NCBI GenBank assembly: GCA_002269645.1
Contig: NIVC01000957.1
Location: 186,001 to 250,000, forward strand
Reading direction: 5' to 3'
Length of the DNA stretch: 64,000 bases
From: Macrostomum lignano
Lineage: Eukaryota
The translations under genes and the position numbers were made by a program. Of the stretch, positions 42,040 to 55,998 are shown in pieces (position 1 is the stretch's first letter; every line of letters begins with the position of its first letter). The notes beneath the pieces are model-generated. The model did no database searches. It saw only the letters and a program-made list of their open reading frames with translations, and was not told the origin of the DNA.

Positions 42040-42261
42040 CGAAAAACAGTCAATAACCAATAAAAAACGAATACTTGACCAGCATATAGTGTTTCCGTGT
42101 GTCCTAGAAACTTTCTACTCAAATAGACACGAGGTTAGCATCGCTTCATTCATGATGAATGTCTCAGAAGACTGGAATGCTTGTTGCTAATAACACGGGG
42201 GTTTTTTCTGAGTTCTTTTGTCTCTACCAGCTGGAAGCAACATAGTTATGTTCTGTACTTT

Positions 42262-42633
42262 TGTGGTGCAAGGGCAACCCGCTCTTCGTCCCGCATGAGG
42301 AAGTGCACCCTCATTTATTTTTGTTTTCGGCCTAACCTTGGCGTGTAGGCTGTGGGGTGGGGGTCGTTCGGCTGGGGATTGATTGGCTGGGCTTTTCCTG
42401 CGGTGCGATTGGCTGACGTGGGGTTCGGCCGGTCGGGACAGACTGTGGGTGGGGTGGTGAGCTTAAGGGCTTGCAGCCTCCCCCCCCCCGACGCCTGCTA
42501 CGAGGCGAGGTAGTTGCGCTGCTATTTGCGCCGCCACTCGACGTAAGGACGGTCTCTTATTGCGAAGGCCCAATCCTTTGCGTGTCAGTTAAATACTTGT
42601 GTATTTAATAAACACAGCACAGTTACAGTTACA
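42262..42633 (+). mobile_element. Probable solo LTR
   Basis: TG..GTTACA ends, two ATTGG boxes and TGACGT, AATAAA near the 3' end; no TSD found. Confidence 0.4.
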
Positions 42634-43249
42634 TACCGGCCCACTCATGTCAGCTACTGCTGCCAGGAAAGTGAGTTCGTAGCTACTTTGTCTCCTTTCT
42701 TTTTTTCAGTTTGGTTGCCAATGGGACAGTTAAAGGTCCGTCCTGTCCCGACGCCAACTCAGTTTAGGCTACGTAAGCATACCACACATGTCTGATTTCA
42801 GCCCCGGCGTCCTCAGGCGGGCATCGACCACACGAGAGCATTCTGACGCCCCAGATTTCAGGAAGCCTCGAGCAGTCGCATCCTGACTTTAGCAATTTTT
42901 AGCATGTTCGTATAAAAGACATTTATTAAAACCAATAGCAGCTACAGACTACGCAGAGGGGAAACTTATTAAATAGACTGAAAAGGTAGACATATAGGTG
43001 TTTCCTACCATGCTATTGCAGAGCTTAGATTTCTAATTATTAATTAAAAACAACTTAAGTACAAGGGGACAACTATTGAGTCTATATCAGATACGAGCGT
43101 AGCACAGCGGGTGCGAAATCAAACGATTGATCTATGAACAGTCGTAAGCACTCTGAATATTTGGAATTAATCGAAAATCAATAATAGTGAAAAATTTTAA
43201 CAAAAGCTTCGAATCGTTTATGAAAAATTTATAAATAGAGTCTGCTGAT

Positions 43250-46200
43250 CTACAGACCAGAATCCTGAAGCTGGTATCTGAGTGAGTGCATTCGAAACAC
43301 GAGGGCAGAAACGTGCTGCGCTATCTGTTTCCATATCTCTGTCTCGTTAGACCGCTTCTTGGCCACCGCCAGGAGGTCCTGAAGGCCCGGGAACCCGGCC
43401 GAAATTTCCGTCTCCTCCGTCTGGGAGGAGAACACCAGATTTCGCAGCGTCTTGTCGCGCAGCAGAGCTCCAGGATCCGCTAGCGTCTGCATGACCCGCA
43501 TCCGACGATCGTTGAAGCCGCGCACCGACATCGGATCGATGTCCTCACTGCCCGCGTCGATGCGCTCCTGCAGCTGCTGCACTGCCGAGCCAAGCCGGGC
43601 GCTCTCAGCCTCCAGAGCTGTCAGCGCGCTATCGAACTCTTTCCAAGTGTCGTTCACGTACTTGTCGTACTTGGCCGCGCTCGCGGGCCAGCCCCACTGC
43701 GACGGTGGAGTGGCAGAGTTGAAGCGATTTCGAATGTTCGCAATCAAAGCGGCCTCGTCGTACGGGAGAAGCCAAGTTTCGGACAACAGTCGCAGCATCT
43801 CAACGCCCCAGATGGCCACCTCGCCGTGAGCTCGCAGGCCAGGATCGATAATACTCTCCATCACGGGCAGCGTTTCGTACATCGAATGATACAGCGGGTA
43901 GTACGAGCTGTACTTCGGATCGGCCACGTAGCTCGCATCGATAATCGGTACTGCAGCCGTCTGTATGAAGGCGGAGTAGTCGCTGGAGCCAATCGGAACG
44001 CTGAGCCTGTAGTCTTGGTCTAGCCAGCGTCTCTTAAACTCCTCGAACATGGTCCCGCCGTCCTGGGCCGGCAGGTTTTTCAACGCCTGCAGGGCCGCCT
44101 CCTGGAGCAGCGGGTCTGCATTCGTACGAATTGAGTAGTTTCCACGCACTGCGATGTCGATGTTGATGTAGGCTACCACTTTCTAGACAAGGAAGTAAAG
44201 AATGTGGGACAGCTTCCTGTTTGTGTACGCTATCATTAGCTCCTGTACTCTAAACAAATTCTTAAAAAGAAGTTTTCTCATACCTCCCTAATCTGCGGAA
44301 GGCGATCTTCCACCCATTCCCAGCTGCCGGTGATGCCCTGCTCCTCGACGTCCCAGCTACACAGAAGGATGCTGCGCCGCGGTCGCCAGCCGTCAGAGTA
44401 GAATTGGCCGAGCATTCTGGCAATTTCCAGCAGCACCGCGCTGCCACTGGTGGCATCGACCGCCCCGGCACCCCAAGCATCGCGGTGATTGCCAAGAAGG
44501 ACGTATCTGCAGACATTGCAAGTAAAAAACATCCCATTATGCCTGTAGGCTCTATTCAGGGGGAATTCACATTGTTAATTGAGCATTATACTACTACAAA
44601 CGCAGCCTTTTTAGACCTGTATCCGTTTTTTTGCTCATTAAGTCTAATACAGTAAGCTTCTCTGTGAATTGGTTCGAGAATATATCGCTGTGAACTGCGT
44701 CTGAAGTGTTGCCATGCGAGTCTACCTTTAGGCACAGTTAATTACGAGTGTAGTCTATCACTATACAGATATATCAGCTTTGATTAACTATTGCAAGCTT
44801 GTAAATACCAAGCATTACTCGCAGCGGCGAAGTGTGACGAAGAACTCAAATTATTATCAGACTCCCGAACCAAAAATGGTAAAAACCGCACATTTGGAAC
44901 CAATTAAAAGTCAAATCACCTGTCCGGTTCCAAGTCGCCTTTCATCTCCGCGAACACATTCACCGCGTTGACACCTTCCAAGATTCGATTATTGACAACT
45001 AGTCTGGCATGATCCACGCCAGGTGCAAAGCTGCCTCCAGCTCGATAGTCGATCGGCAGGCCGCCCTTTACGTACGAGCTGATGTTGGCGCCCTCGAGTA
45101 CGCCCAGCAGCTTCATGGCGTCTCCGTAGCCAACGGGATAGCCTGGAATCGGGGAGAAGACCGGCGGATCCGTTTGCTGTTTGATTTCGTCGAATTCGTC
45201 GCGATAGGCGAACGGCAGCGAGGGATAGGCGGGCGTCTGCGGGTCGGCCTGGCGCATTTTGGCGCTGCCGCGTTGAACGCCAGTGGGTGGCAGCCACCAG
45301 GAGTTCGGGTAAACGTCGTCAAGCCTGCCCGGCACCGCCCAGCCGTCGGCAGGGTCGGAGTAAACAATGCCACCAGTGCAGCCGTAGGCGGCCGCGTTGA
45401 CAAGTTTCTTGCCGCGACCGACGCCACCGTAGCGCATGAGGGCGATGGCGCCGCTCAGAGTGACGTTCAGCTGCTGCAGATACTCAAAGTCGCGCTCTCT
45501 GCCGTAGTTCGCGAATACGACTGGGCCAGAGACGTTTCCCGAGGGCGTGAAGGAGAGGATCGGTGGCACCTGTCAGATTTAGCGTGGGTGGCAGGAATGA
45601 ATATACCGGTAAATATACATGTATAGGAGGCAGATCCAGTGTTCATCTTTTGATATGTTGTGCCTTTCTTATTGCTCTATCGATATTCATAAAGCTTTTC
45701 GTTCAGAAATAGTTTTAAAGGCAGGTTTCACCGGAAAAATACACTACGGAGATAGGAAATTTCACGATTTTCAACACTAAAACAGTGATTGGGTCTCTTA
45801 ACAGTGTCAGAGAAAGTTCTAATCACACTGTTTTGTGCCTTACATTCTGCTCTAACTACACATTAATCGATTTTTCATGTTAAATTGGTCTTGTCATTTT
45901 TTAAACGTTTTTTAAGTGAAAAAAGTGCATCGCAATACGCTCACACAGGGTGTACAGCGGGCCTGACTTTCTAATCTGTAAAGTCTCTGTGCCTTCAGGA
46001 CTTTTTCCTCATCGGTGGGAGTCGCACAAAAACTTGTCGTCCCATTTTCGCGTACAAGCCCCAAACGAATGTGGCCGCGAATCAGGGGTCCGGGGGTCGT
46101 AGCAAAGGTTCAGGTGCGTTTACCACTAAGCTGCACTGTGACCCCTTCGAAGCGGAGGTCTGATCTCTGCACATTCACATACCTCAGTGATGAAAGAAAT

Positions 46201-46929
46201 CAGGACGATGGCCTACTCAGGTAGCAATATGATGTAGCGCTTCAAAAGTTACAAACCGACTTTATGTGGAAAGTGGAAGCTCACAAGATAATAAAATTCT
46301 CACATTTTTAATAACTGCCCCTGCCGCCCAGTCGGGATTTCCTGGTTTGGAACTTTTTATTCCTACGCTCGTAAAGCAAGGCGGAGGTGGGCAACAGATG
46401 TCACAAGAGGTGCTATGATCGAATTTTCATTTATCAAAACATCACCAAGGCCCACCTGGTCAGTAAGGTTGAGCTTCACCAGTTCCTTCTCCTGCCTCTG
46501 ACTCTCCACCACGGTTCCATTGGAATAGACAATGGTGAACAGGGACTCGCCCTGCCCCACCGTCATGCCCACCGGCACTGAGTAGTTCCGGGTGAACACC
46601 TCAAAGCCCGGCAGGCCGCTCAGCACGTCCCTGAAGTACTCGGCGGTGGCCCGGTGTCCCGGCGTGCCGGCAATGTGCGGTCGCGACGCCAGCGAGCTCA
46701 GGTGCCGTCCGATCTCGTCGCGCCGGACGGCAGCCCGCACCGACTGGCCGGTGAAGCCGCGCTCGCGCCGGCCGAGAGCTCGGTAGCGGTCGGCCAGAGC
46801 CTGCAGGCCGGACGTGTCCGGTGGTGGCCGAGCCGCATAGCCAATCCAGAAGAAGATCAGGGCGATGAGCAGTCCGCCTCCGATAGCGGCTCCGATCAAC
46901 AGGCGCCGGCTTTGACCGCTTTGACGCAT
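43250..46929 (-). CDS. Glutamate carboxypeptidase II / NAALADase-like M28B peptidase; exons 46929-46456, 45569-44920, 44506-44284, 44182-43250 (759 aa)
   Basis: Type II TM anchor; PA domain ([21 protein letters not shown]); all Zn/catalytic motifs present (GNHRDAW, DATSG, WDVEE, YINID, YPLYHS); phase-compatible GT-AG introns. Confidence 0.95.
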
Positions 46930-47906
46930 TTTTTCACCTGCCAATCTTGTCTGCTACTGGTAGGTATGAGTATGCAGCAACCTGCTGGCTGATCTAGAGC
47001 AAAAAACCAGCACAGAAGTGACTCCATTTTGTCATTCTGTTTATACTTAGGTTGCGCGGCTGCTGCAATCGAACTATATGGCGACTGATAAGCAAATGCA
47101 GAGCGCAATGGGCTCGAATTTCGTTTCAGAGGGTCTTATTTGAGATTCTTACCTCCATAGCCAACTCTTCGCCATAGCAATTCTCTCTTACAGTATGCCG
47201 GCTTGGTGGAAAATTCAGTATTGCATTTTAAGGTTCTGCTATCTCCTATCTTGAGCCAGGCTAAAGTGACACAGAAGCAGATTCCAATGTGAAACAGGCA
47301 TGCATATTAATATTTAATTTAGCTATCGACAGTTTTTTATAACATTTACAATCTAGAAATGTTTTTCCCATAGTTAATTCACTTCACAGAGAAGCGCGAG
47401 TTGCAATAGTCCGCAATAAAGTTTAGTGTAATTTTGGACGCGTGGTTGGTTCTCGTAGTTTTCTGTCACGTTCTCTTCACGAAGCAAATATAAGATGGAA
47501 TGGAATGACTTTACGGCACGGTCAGCTCCTGACTCTTCACCAAGTGTTGACCTCGTAAGAACTGGTGCTGTACCTATATAGAGCTATATTTACTGGCACA
47601 ACAGGTGCTGTACCTAAGACTGCGTTAGACAGTTTCCTTAACTGCACAAAACTTCTAAAACTAGCGGCAGACCTTTAAAATGAGACCGCCCAAGCTGAAG
47701 CAAAAAAACAATGGTAGGACGGTACCACAGCAAAGATGCTATTTTAAGAACTTATTGTTTCTGCCATAGACAGTAGTTTAGTTCTGCTTGTGCAACACAG
47801 GAAAACTCTCAAGAAGATACCAGTTCAAAAATATTGTAAATATTTTTATAACTTGTGCTTTCAAGAATTTCCGTATTTCAAGCAGCTTAGTTTCCTGACA
47901 TTAGCA

Positions 47907-50457
<2,551 letters not shown>

Positions 50458-51100
50458 TCCAGCGCCACCACTTTGTTATTTGTCATTACATAATCGTTGA
50501 ACTTTCGATTATTTGAAGAAATCCAAGATTAAATGCAATTTTAGGTAGGTTAATTCAAGATTCTCAACGTTAAGTTAACTTCTTTGAAGACCAATTGAAA
50601 TATGAATATTTTGACGTCACTTCAACGACCTGTTAGGGAACAAACATTGGAGCTTATATATTTATGCGAGCGCGTTGCTATCTGCTCGAAAAAAGAAATC
50701 ATTGATAGTTTTGAAAAATCACCAAAAATAGCCGAATTCTTCGATTTGGCCGTTTCCAAAAACAATAACACAACAAAAAACACAGCATTTTCTCAAAACA
50801 GCGTCACAAAATCTGGGGCGTCAGCCAGCAGGCTCTCTACTAATTCCGAGTGCGCGCCTGTCCTTGCCGGTAGTGCGCCGTCACCGTCAGCAGCACCTGC
50901 TCGGTCTGAGGGCTGTGCGACGGCGCGGATGATGCGGCCTGTCAGCTGGAGTGGCCGACGGCCCAACAGGTCGCTTGGACGCGACTGAATGAGGCGAGAG
51001 TTGACACTAAATCAAGTACAGATCGAAGCATAAGCCATCTGCAATTTAAGCCTTGTTCTGCTCTTACAGCACTCAGGACAGCACAATAAGTTTTGGGGGG

Positions 51101-51450
51101 GGGGCTGTGCTCTAATGGTTAGAGCGTCGGACTCACGACTTGAAGGTCGGGGGTTCGATTCTTGATCCCACAGGAACGCTTTCTGTCCTTGAGCAAGACA
51201 CTTACCAGGGTAACTCTGCATTGCCTTAGTTCACCCAGTTGTTAAATGGGTGCCAGCATTGGCTGGGGTAATTGAGGGTGTGTGTGGCGACCCCCCCCCT
51301 CCAGTCCTTGGACTGAACAGCCGTACGCAGCCTTTAGATGCGCCGCGCAATGGCTGCGGCTGAGCTGTCGGTTGCAAATCTGGCCTAATTGTGGCTTTTG
51401 TAATCAATTATTATTATTATTAATATTATTACTATTATTATCATTATTAC
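51101..51450 (+). mobile_element. tRNA-derived SINE with CORE-like central domain and (TTA)n tail
   Basis: A-box-like GTGCTCTAATGG; B box GGTTCGATTC (51152-51161); TGTCCTTGAGCAAGACACTT..TTAGTT..AAATGGG resembles the MIR/CORE domain; ATT tail ~51407-51450. Confidence 0.78.
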
Positions 51451-51949
51451 TGTCGCCTACACAAGTCAACAGTGTTGGAACTTATAAAGATTTTCGCGCA
51501 AAATCGAGAGATATTTACTTGAATTGATGGAGGCCTGAATAAATCTAACCACACTCATTTTTATTTATTACAATTGTACTCGAATCTGTGTGTACATCAG
51601 TAGAGTTGCATGGCAAAGACTAAGAGACCAAGCCACCCTCCTGGTCACGAGACCATTGTCACTGCGCTGTTTATCAGAACCTTTGTGCTCACTGGGGCCG
51701 CCGACTGCCTCATACACACGGGTTGCGTGTTTTATCGATAGATAGCTCCATGAAGCAGTGCGGTTACGTCACTGTGCAGACGGGCAATCTCGCCACGCTG
51801 TCTAATAGCATAGGGGCTTATCGTGTACGCGCTACACAGTTCCAAATGAGTATAAAGGCGCTGGACAGCTGACTTGCCGATTGGATCTAGCAAGTTGCAT
51901 ATTTGACTCGTCACTGTTTGCTGAGACAACGAGAATCTTTATATTTGGA

Positions 51950-54595
51950 ATGTTTCTGTTGGGCATTGGGCTGCTGTGCCTGACGCTTTCTGTGCCCAGG
52001 GCTGCACCAGCTCGACAGGAGTCCGAGGTGACTTCACCGGCCGCAACAACTGCACCTGCTGCTGCTTCGGGTTACAGCTCTATTCAGGTAGAATCAAGCA
52101 CAAATGCACCAGCTCCAAATGAGTCCAGGTTGACTGCACCGGCCGCAACAACTGCACCTGCTGCTGCTTCGGGTTACAGCTCTATTCAGGTAGAATCAAG
52201 CACAAATGCACCAGCTCCAAATGAGTCCAGGTTGACTGCATCGACCATACCTGCACCCGAAACTACTACATCATCTGACAACTCTGCTTGGAAAGAATCA
52301 ACCACAACTGCACCTGCTGCTGCATCAATTCAATTTGAGTCCATGTTGAATGACGCATCAACTACAACTGCACCAGCAACTCCACCAGCTCATAAGTCTA
52401 CTTTGAGAGACTCTACCAAAATTGTACCTGCCACTGCATCAACTCGAGTTCAGTCCAATTCGACTACTCCAACCAAATCTGCAACCGACAATACTGAATC
52501 AGCTGACGAGTCGTCGTGGACAAAATCAACTGCAGCTGCTCCTGATGCTGCATCGGCTCGGTTAGAGTCCGACTTCACTGCATCAGCCACAACTGCGCCT
52601 GTTGCTGAAAGTGCTCACGAGTCCACTTCAACAGCGGCACCTGTTTCGTCGTCTTTTACCATAGCGAAGCCCCATCGGGGTGAAAGTCTATCGAGTCCAA
52701 CAGCGGAGGCCACGGGTCGCTGCGGCCTGCTAATTCGCAGCAACCTGTACCGGTGCAGCGACCGGCCCAACTGGTGGCTGTCAAAAGCCGACCTAAACGA
52801 GTTGAAACTTCGGCTGCTTGCGGGCCAATCGGAGTCCATCTGCTGCCGGGACTGGCGGAATCAGGCCATCTATTCGAACCTGAACCAGCACCGGGACAGC
52901 GCGGCTGGCTCCCGGATGCGAATCAACTGCCCCCTGGCACTGGCCACCAGTCAATCTTCCCTTGACAACGCCTTGACAACAGTTGTGACTGGCTCGGAGC
53001 TGCACTGCTACAATCTGTGCAACACAACCCTAGCCCTGGGCGATGGCGGCCGCACGCACTATAACTTGTTCCTGCCGATCCAATATGCGCCCGTCAAATG
53101 TCAATGGCGACTCAAAGGCGTGAGTAAAGTCGTCATCAGGTGAGCAGTCTCATTCTTTTTAGATGCTGTATGAGCTTGCAAACAATACCGGTGTTACCGA
53201 GTGACAATATGACCGAGTAACAATATGACCGAGTGACAATATGACCGAGTGACAATATGACCGAGTAACAATATGACCGAGTGACAATATGATCGAGTGA
53301 CAATATGACCGAGTGACAATATGACCGAGTGACAATATGAACGAGTGACAATATGACCAAGTGACAATATGACCGAGTGACAATATGACCAAGTGACAAT
53401 ATGACCGAGTGACAATGTGACGCAATACAAAGCATTAACCGTCAATAAACATAATTTTCAGCAAGAGCCAGATGCAGGCCTGGGATCAGCTTCGCCCGTT
53501 CCTGTGCCTGTCGGACGGGACTCGCCTCGGGGCTTGCGGTTCGGAGCGCGCATCTGGTCAGGTATATCCGCTGACCAGCTCGGCAACTGAAGTTCTGCAG
53601 TGCCGCAGTGGCGACTGCCTTCTATGGTACGATTGGAGATCAGCGATCGCGTCTCAGCGCCGGTTTGACTTTCGCAGCTTAAAAGTGGAGCTTTTTGGCT
53701 GGGCTGCAGTGAGTTTTTGAGTTTTTCTATTCAAGTTTCCGCTAACTGCCTGCATTGTCTACGGGTCTTCTGGTGCGCCCTCTATGGCACCTCTGTACGA
53801 GCGTAAATCTGCACCTGTCTGTTCCCTATTCGGACATCTCTTAGCATTGATGCCAGTCTGTTTTCATGCCCTCAAAAAGTACACCAAATACCCGACAATT
53901 AAAATTGCTCCTTCCTTGCTAGCTAGTGTTAGTAATAGCCACTGCACTTACATTTGGGGAACCTCAGCGACTTTCGAATAAAAGTACACAAGGTTCGATT
54001 CCGTGAGCGGCCACATTTTGATCAGCCCCAGGCCTCCTGAAAACTGACCCAATAGCTGCTAAACTCGCCTCCCACCCAGCCCACTTCCGGACCAGAGGCG
54101 CCCGCTTTGCCGCAGCAGCGAAGACCCCGGCCAGCCTCTCTGACGACTGCCGCAACACCGACAGCAGCCGGAAGCCGCCCAGCCGGCCCGCCCTCACAGC
54201 CGCCGCTGCCGAGGTCCTCGGAGAAATTCCCACTGGAGTTCCGCGTCACCCGCGGCGTGATGGCCGGCGTCACGGCTGCCGCGGTGGCGCTGATCTGCGC
54301 TGCCGCCTGCATCTGGGGCTGCCGCAGCTGGCACTACCGCATGTACAGCTCGCCACTGCGTCGCCTCCTGGGCCGGACGCCGCTGCACCGCCTGCCGACC
54401 TACTCCAGCCGGCTGTTCGACCTCGAGCAGCTGCGACTCGACCAACCGTGCAGCGCAAAGGAGGCGCCCGACGCTTCCGAAGCCACGCCTTCGTCGTCGG
54501 ATGAGGAGGACGTCGACGAAGAGGAAGACGACGGGGTGGAGGAGATCGACATGATGATGGAGCTGGTCGCGGGTGAGGTTCCGCGTCGGGCTTAA
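51950..54595 (+). CDS. Type I membrane protein with mucin-like S/T stalk and Cys-rich/CUB-like ectodomain; exons 51950-53139, 53462-53708, 54080-54595 (650 aa)
   Basis: Signal MFLLGIGLLCLTLSVPRA; S/T/A-rich stalk with a 102-bp duplication; KCQWRLKG..LCLSDG..GACG; TM GVMAGVTAAAVALICAAACIWGC; acidic tail; phases 2 and 0 are compatible. Confidence 0.78.
53195..53420. repeat. 16-bp minisatellite (GAGTGACAATATGACC), intronic
   Basis: Direct periodicity. Confidence 0.95.
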
Positions 54596-55617
54596 GTCTC
54601 GTCTCGTGGCCTTTGTGGCAGTGTGCGGTTCAAGATTATTTTGCTGATCTTCGTTTTGAAAAAATATTGCGTCCCATTGACTCACTTAATCCCGTTTAAT
54701 CCCCAAGTTTAATCCTAAGGCCCGATTATCCATTTCTTGATTCTTCTGGGTTGTTTATTTACTGTACAAAGCATTTGAGGTTGATCTATTGCAATAAGAT
54801 GATAAGCCAATTGATGTACTTTATTGCATTGTTTAACACTTAATCTTGAGTACCACTGTTAATTTTCAATCTAATTTAATTTTTGTTTGATTTCTCACTT
54901 TTTGAAAGTATACACTAAACTAAAATTCTTAAACTATTTTCAAGATCTCTTGTTTCTTCACTTCTGGAAAAGAAAATGTTCAAACTGGCAAAATTGGTTG
55001 TTATAATGCACAGAAACTGGCGAAAATTGAAATGAAAGAAGATAAAAAATTCATGCATTCAGTTCTATTTATTAAACTGAAGACCACCAATAAAGATGTA
55101 AAAAACTAGTTGCTTATCTAACTTTTAGGGAGATTCTGACAAGCAGAAGAAAATAAAATAATGAGCTTAAGCTAAATAGACAGTAGCTAAAATTCATTCT
55201 TGGATCGTATCTAATTTGCAAGATTAGTGGGATGAAGATTTCAAAAAATAATTAATCAAGAAATTCTTTGTAATAAAACAGACAGGCAAACCGGCAGCCT
55301 GCAATTTTCATAATTTTGTGCAGATGCAGCTCGCAGAGAGAATAAAATAAAAGCATTAACAAAAAATTTCAAAATCTTTTGTTTTTTGTCACTTAATTTT
55401 CACGCAAACGTTTTTAAGCAGAATTTTTTGTTAATCTGAAGAAATTTTCACTTTTCAAATCGCCCTGCGACTCTAAGCCAGGGGTCGGCAAGCTCTGGCC
55501 GGCGGGCCACATGCTGACCGCGAAGCCTCTGTCCGGCCCTCGGGTCCTTTGAAACTTCACGATAGCAATCCGGCCCGCTCAAGGTTTGTCTCTTCTCAGG
55601 TGTCTTCTCTCCAATCT

Positions 55618-55800
55618 CCTCTCCCGCCTTTCTCCTTTCTCCCCTCCTCTCGCCCCTCTCTCCCCTCCTCTCGCCCCTCTCTCCCCTCCTCTCGCCCCTC
55701 TCTCCCCTCCTCTCGCCCCTCTCTCCCCTCCTCTCGCCCCTCTCTCCCCTCCTCTCGCCCCTCTCTCTCCTCCTCTCGCCCCTCTCTCCCCTCACCCCTC
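55618..55800. repeat. CT-rich ~21-bp repeat
   Basis: CCTCTCTCCCCTCCTCTCGCC units. Confidence 0.92.
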
Positions 55801-55998
55801 GTATCTACTTCTCTCTGGCCCAGTCTTGCGCTAGAACTGGCCCTTAGGTTAAAATATTTAGCCAACCGCTGCTCCAAGCAACCACTAAAGCAAACAAGAG
55901 ATGTATATACTCGTATTTTAACAAAAATGTCGTTTTTAATTTGCTAACTTACGAGCTATAAAGAAACAGAATTTGTAGAAAAAAGTTCAGACGGTACT

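Noticed and set aside
41357-42122. Minus-strand ORFs (SCRTVGQSA.. and GSKRFMPDS..) over the prohormone
   Set aside because: They are antisense shadows of the 27-bp coding repeat; the signal peptide, splice sites, synonymous variation and poly(A) signal all support the plus strand.
46085-46145. Minus-strand tRNA-like GCAGCTTAGTGGTAAACGC
   Set aside because: Only an A-box-like segment; no B box or cloverleaf. At most a decayed SINE head.
51101-51175. tRNA gene (possible TCA/CAC anticodon)
   Set aside because: The anticodon and acceptor stems do not pair, and the sequence continues into a CORE-like domain and TTA tail, so it is a SINE.
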